Part shown: positions 60,915 to 64,000 of the stretch, in pieces
Layout of the letters: each line of letters opens with the position of its first letter
Position numbering within the stretch: the stretch's first letter is position 1
DNA from: an uncultured Chloroflexia bacterium
Lineage (GTDB): Bacteria; Chloroflexota; Limnocylindria; Limnocylindrales; CSP1-4
Direction: 5' to 3'
NCBI GenBank assembly: GCA_963746845.1
Contig: CAVVCZ010000006.1
Coordinates: 288,001-352,000 of the forward strand
Length of the DNA: 64,000 bases
Translations under genes and position numbers: made by a program
Notes under the pieces: model-generated
Told to the model about the DNA's origin: nothing
Seen by the model: the letters and a program-made list of their open reading frames with translations, nothing else
The model's database searches: none

Positions 60915-61580
60915 GTGTCTCCCACGATCCATGACGCACGCACGTCCGCGATCGCGGCCGCGATCCGGGCGACGCGCCTGGTCGTCGTCCTTCGGCGGAT
61001 CGAGCCCCGCGACCGGCTGGTGGCGCTCGTCGACGAGCTCGCGGACGCCGGGGCGAGCGTGTTCGAGATCACGTTCGACGGCCCGGACGCGGCGGCGGAT
61101 CTTGCCGCCGTGCGGTGGCATCTGGAGGGGCGCGACCCCGCCGACGCCTGGGTCGGCGCCGGCACGGTCCGCTCGATCGCCGAGCTGGATGCCGCCGTGG
61201 ATGCCGGGGCCGCCTTCGGGGTGAGTCCCGTGCTGGATCGCGACGTCCTGGATCGGGCCGCGTCTCACGGGCTGCCGTTCGTCCCGGGCGCCTACACCCC
61301 GACCGAGGTCGACGCGGCGTGGCGGGCCGGGGCGGCGTTCGTCAAGCTATTCCCCGGCTCGTCGCTGGGTCCGGACCACGTCCGCGAGCTGCGTGGGCCG
61401 CTGCCGGAGATCGAGACGATCGTGACCGGCGGGGTGGATGGATCGAATGCCGGGGCGTTCCTCGCGGCCGGTGCGACGGCGGTCGGCATCGGCTCCGCGA
61501 TCGTGCGGGCCACGCCGGCCGAGCGACGCGAGATCGTCGCCTCGATCGCGGCCGCACCGCGACCGGGATCGCCGGCATGA
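60915..61580 (+). CDS. eda: KDPG/KHG aldolase
   Basis: VVVLR, FEIT, GAGTV, PGAYTPTE, VKLFP, TGGV. Confidence 0.88.
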   Translation: MSPTIHDARTSAIAAAIRATRLVVVLRRIEPRDRLVALVDELADAGASVFEITFDGPDAAADLAAVRWHLEGRDPADAWVGAGTVRSIAELDAAVDAGAAFGVSPVLDRDVLDRAASHGLPFVPGAYTPTEVDAAWRAGAAFVKLFPGSSLGPDHVRELRGPLPEIETIVTGGVDGSNAGAFLAAGATAVGIGSAIVRATPAERREIVASIAAAPRPGSPA

Positions 61581-62614
61581 TCGAGACCGAGCCCGCCGTC
61601 CGCGATGACTCGGCGCTGGCCGGTCAGGTCGCCCGCCTGTTCTTCGACCGCCAGCTCACGAAGGTCGAGATCGCCGGCCGGCTCGGGATCTCCCGGTTCC
61701 GCGTGGCCCGCCTGCTCGATCGCGCGCTCGCCGACGGGATCGTCCGGATCGAGTTCCGCGACGTCCCGGCGGAGGATCGCGCCCTCGCCCGCCAGGTCGA
61801 GGAGCGGTACGGCCTGGACCTGTGCGTGGTCGCGTCCACGGCCGACGACCCGACGACCGCCGCGGCGCGTCTGGCCGCGGGCGTCCTCGATGACCTGCTC
61901 ACGCACGGCGTCGCGATCGGCGTCGCCTGGGGTTCGACGGTGTCGCGCGTGGTCCGCGAGATGCCCGCCCGGCGCGATCCGACGATCCACGTCGTCCAGC
62001 TGGCCGGCGGCTCGTCGAGCCTGGATCCGGGCGCCGATCCGGGGGATGTCACCCGGGTCCTCGCCGAGCGACTCGGCGGCCGGGGGCTGCGGATCCACGC
62101 CCCGGCGTTCGTCGAGTCGGCCGAGCTGCGCGACGCGCTGGTCCGCCAGCCGGAGATCGCGGCGACCGTCGAGCGATTCGCGGACGTGTCGATCGCCCTC
62201 CTCGGGATCGGCGCGTTCGGGCCGGACGGCGGACGATCCGGCTCGTCGTTGCTCCGCTCGGGAGCCCTGCCGCCGGCGGCCGTCCGGCAGCTGATCGATG
62301 ACGGAGCGATCGGCGACCTCCTCGTCCACCCGTTCGATGCGAGCGGATCGTTCCTGGCACCCGAGATCGGGGCGAGAGCCGTCTCGATCGGCGTCGACGA
62401 GCTTCGTCGGGTCCGGCACGTGGTCGCCGTGGCGACCGGCGCCGAGAAAGCGACCGCGATCCGCGGGGCGCTCCGGACGGGCGTCGTGCGGATCCTCGTG
62501 ACGGACGCCGCGGCGGCGACGGTCCTGGCGGGTGGCGGCGGGCGCGGATCCGCTCGGCCCGCGTCGTCGCGACGCCCGGCCCGGACGCCCCGCGCGAAGG
62601 CATCGCAGCCATGA
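61577..62614 (+). CDS. SorC/DeoR-family sugar-binding transcriptional regulator
   Basis: VARLFF..LTKVEIAGRLGISRFRVARLL HTH, IGVAWGST, LVTD. Confidence 0.9.
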   Translation: MIETEPAVRDDSALAGQVARLFFDRQLTKVEIAGRLGISRFRVARLLDRALADGIVRIEFRDVPAEDRALARQVEERYGLDLCVVASTADDPTTAAARLAAGVLDDLLTHGVAIGVAWGSTVSRVVREMPARRDPTIHVVQLAGGSSSLDPGADPGDVTRVLAERLGGRGLRIHAPAFVESAELRDALVRQPEIAATVERFADVSIALLGIGAFGPDGGRSGSSLLRSGALPPAAVRQLIDDGAIGDLLVHPFDASGSFLAPEIGARAVSIGVDELRRVRHVVAVATGAEKATAIRGALRTGVVRILVTDAAAATVLAGGGGRGSARPASSRRPARTPRAKASQP

Positions 62615-63426
62615 ACCGCCTGCGTGATCGCGTCTGTCTCGTCACCGGGTCGACCGGGATCGCGGCGGCCGCCGCTCGGAGGTTCGCCGCCGAGGGGGCC
62701 TCGGTGTTCGTGGTGTCGCGAACGGCGGCCCACGTCCGCGCGCTGACCGACCAGATCGCCGCGACCGGCGGCGTCGTGGCGTCGACCGTCGCCGACCTGA
62801 CCGACGAGGCGGCCGTCGAGCGCGCGGTCGCCGACTGCGTCGATCGCTACGGGCGGATCGACGGACTGTTCTCGGTGGCGGGGGGCAGCGGCCGGCGGTT
62901 CGGAGACGGACCGATCGATACCGTGACCCGCGACGCGTGGGACCGGACCCTGGAGCTGAACCTGACGACCCAGGCGCTCGTCTGCCGCGCGGTCGTCGCG
63001 CGGATGCGGGCCCAGGAGCCGAACGGGTCGGGGACGCGCGGCTCGATCCTGCTGTTGGGCAGCGTCACGACGTCGGACCCATCGCCCGAGTACTTCGCCA
63101 CCCATGCCTACGCCGCCGCGAAGGGCGCCCTGACGTCGCTGATGACGACGATGGCGGCCGCCTATCTGCCGGATCGGATCCGCGTCAACGTCGTCGCGCC
63201 CGGTCTGACCGAGACACGGATGGCCGGGCGGGCGGCCGGCGACCCGGCGATCCGGGCGTACGCGGCCCGGAAGCAGCCGCTCGCGGGCGAGATGATGGAC
63301 CCGGACGAGATCGCCCACGCCGCGGTCTTCTTCCTTGCGGACGAATCGCGGGCCGTGACCGGGCAGCTGCTGAAGGTGGACGGCGGATGGTCGGTCGCGT
63401 CGGTGTCGCCGGAGCCCGGGCGATGA
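62611..63426 (+). CDS. SDR family oxidoreductase
   Basis: TGSTGIA, YAAAK, IRVNVVAPG, VTGQ..VDGG. Confidence 0.92.
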   Translation: MNRLRDRVCLVTGSTGIAAAAARRFAAEGASVFVVSRTAAHVRALTDQIAATGGVVASTVADLTDEAAVERAVADCVDRYGRIDGLFSVAGGSGRRFGDGPIDTVTRDAWDRTLELNLTTQALVCRAVVARMRAQEPNGSGTRGSILLLGSVTTSDPSPEYFATHAYAAAKGALTSLMTTMAAAYLPDRIRVNVVAPGLTETRMAGRAAGDPAIRAYAARKQPLAGEMMDPDEIAHAAVFFLADESRAVTGQLLKVDGGWSVASVSPEPGR

Positions 63427-64000
63427 CCGCCGCCTGGTCCACCGCGGTGCCCGCGATTGCCGCCGCCGACGTCTGCATCGTCGGGTCGGGATCGGCGGGG
63501 TCCACCGCGGCGATCGCCGCGGCGCGCTGCGGGGCGTCGGTCGTGCTCATCGAGAAGCTGCCGTTCCTCGGCGGGACGAGCACCGCCGTCCTCGACACCT
63601 TCTACGGGTTCTGGACGCCGGGGCAGGAGCCGCGCAAGGTGGTCGGCGGGATCGCGGACGAGGTCGTCGGCGGGCTGCGGGCGCTCGGGCCGGTCGTCGA
63701 GCGACCGAACACCTACGGGGCCGGAACCGGGATCACCTACGTCGCGGAGCACCTGAAGGTCGTCTGGGAGGGGCTGGTCGCGGATGCCGGCGTCCGGATC
63801 CTCCTCCACGCGTTCGTCCAGGACGTCGCGGTCGACGCGGAAGGTCGCGTTCGATCGTTGCTCGTCGCGACCAAGGCGGGTCTGCGGCGGATCGAGGCCC
63901 GCGTCTTCGTCGATGCGAGCGGCGACGCCGATCTCTGCGCGTTCGCCGGGTTCGGGTTCGAGACGGCCGGCGAGATCGATCCGGCCCAGACCCTCACGAC
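63423..64000 (+). CDS. FAD-dependent oxidoreductase (FAD_oxidored family), truncated by window end
   Basis: ATGA overlap; DVCIVGSGSAGSTAAIAAARCGASVVLIEKLPFLGGTST...FVDASGDADL. Confidence 0.88.
   Translation, partial: MTAAWSTAVPAIAAADVCIVGSGSAGSTAAIAAARCGASVVLIEKLPFLGGTSTAVLDTFYGFWTPGQEPRKVVGGIADEVVGGLRALGPVVERPNTYGAGTGITYVAEHLKVVWEGLVADAGVRILLHAFVQDVAVDAEGRVRSLLVATKAGLRRIEARVFVDASGDADLCAFAGFGFETAGEIDPAQTLT

Overview
This is a very GC-rich bacterial chromosomal segment. The gene set, CIRCE element, GAAC-N4-GTTC LexA boxes and DUF5679 gene suggest a monoderm, most likely Chloroflexota of the Limnocylindria/Ellin6529 type (inference only). The core content is hrcA-hemW-CPBP-lepA, rpsT, gap-pgk-eno, a nucleoside phosphorylase, two tRNA-Ala genes, leuS, comEA-comEC-holA, obgE-nadD-rsfS, rho and the start of a sugar-acid operon. 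Accessory content includes a LexA-controlled imuA-imuB-(small ORF)/dnaE2 mutasome, a two-component system, a hypoxia-type cluster (hemerythrin, USP, GNAT, CoA transferase, flavodoxin, ADH) and an ECF sigma/anti-sigma pair. No integrase, transposase, prophage or CRISPR array was seen. The best leads are: (1) an orphan TadA/CpaF ATPase fused to a catalytically degenerate RidA-type domain; (2) a repeated OsdR/DosR-like palindrome linking the hypoxia cluster to the gap operon; (3) two TAACC-N18-GGTTA operators beside a CGNR/ABATE gene and two unannotated peptides; (4) a ~1450-aa DnaE2 with large insertions, one containing an in-frame palindromic element of foreign codon usage; (5) a ~160-nt rod-like (6S-like or MITE-like) intergenic hairpin; (6) S20 with a histone-H1-like tail; and (7) a lamin-tail plus 7x OB-fold surface protein with no nuclease domain, next to the nucleoside phosphorylase. 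All family calls are by eye from motifs; no database searches were run.
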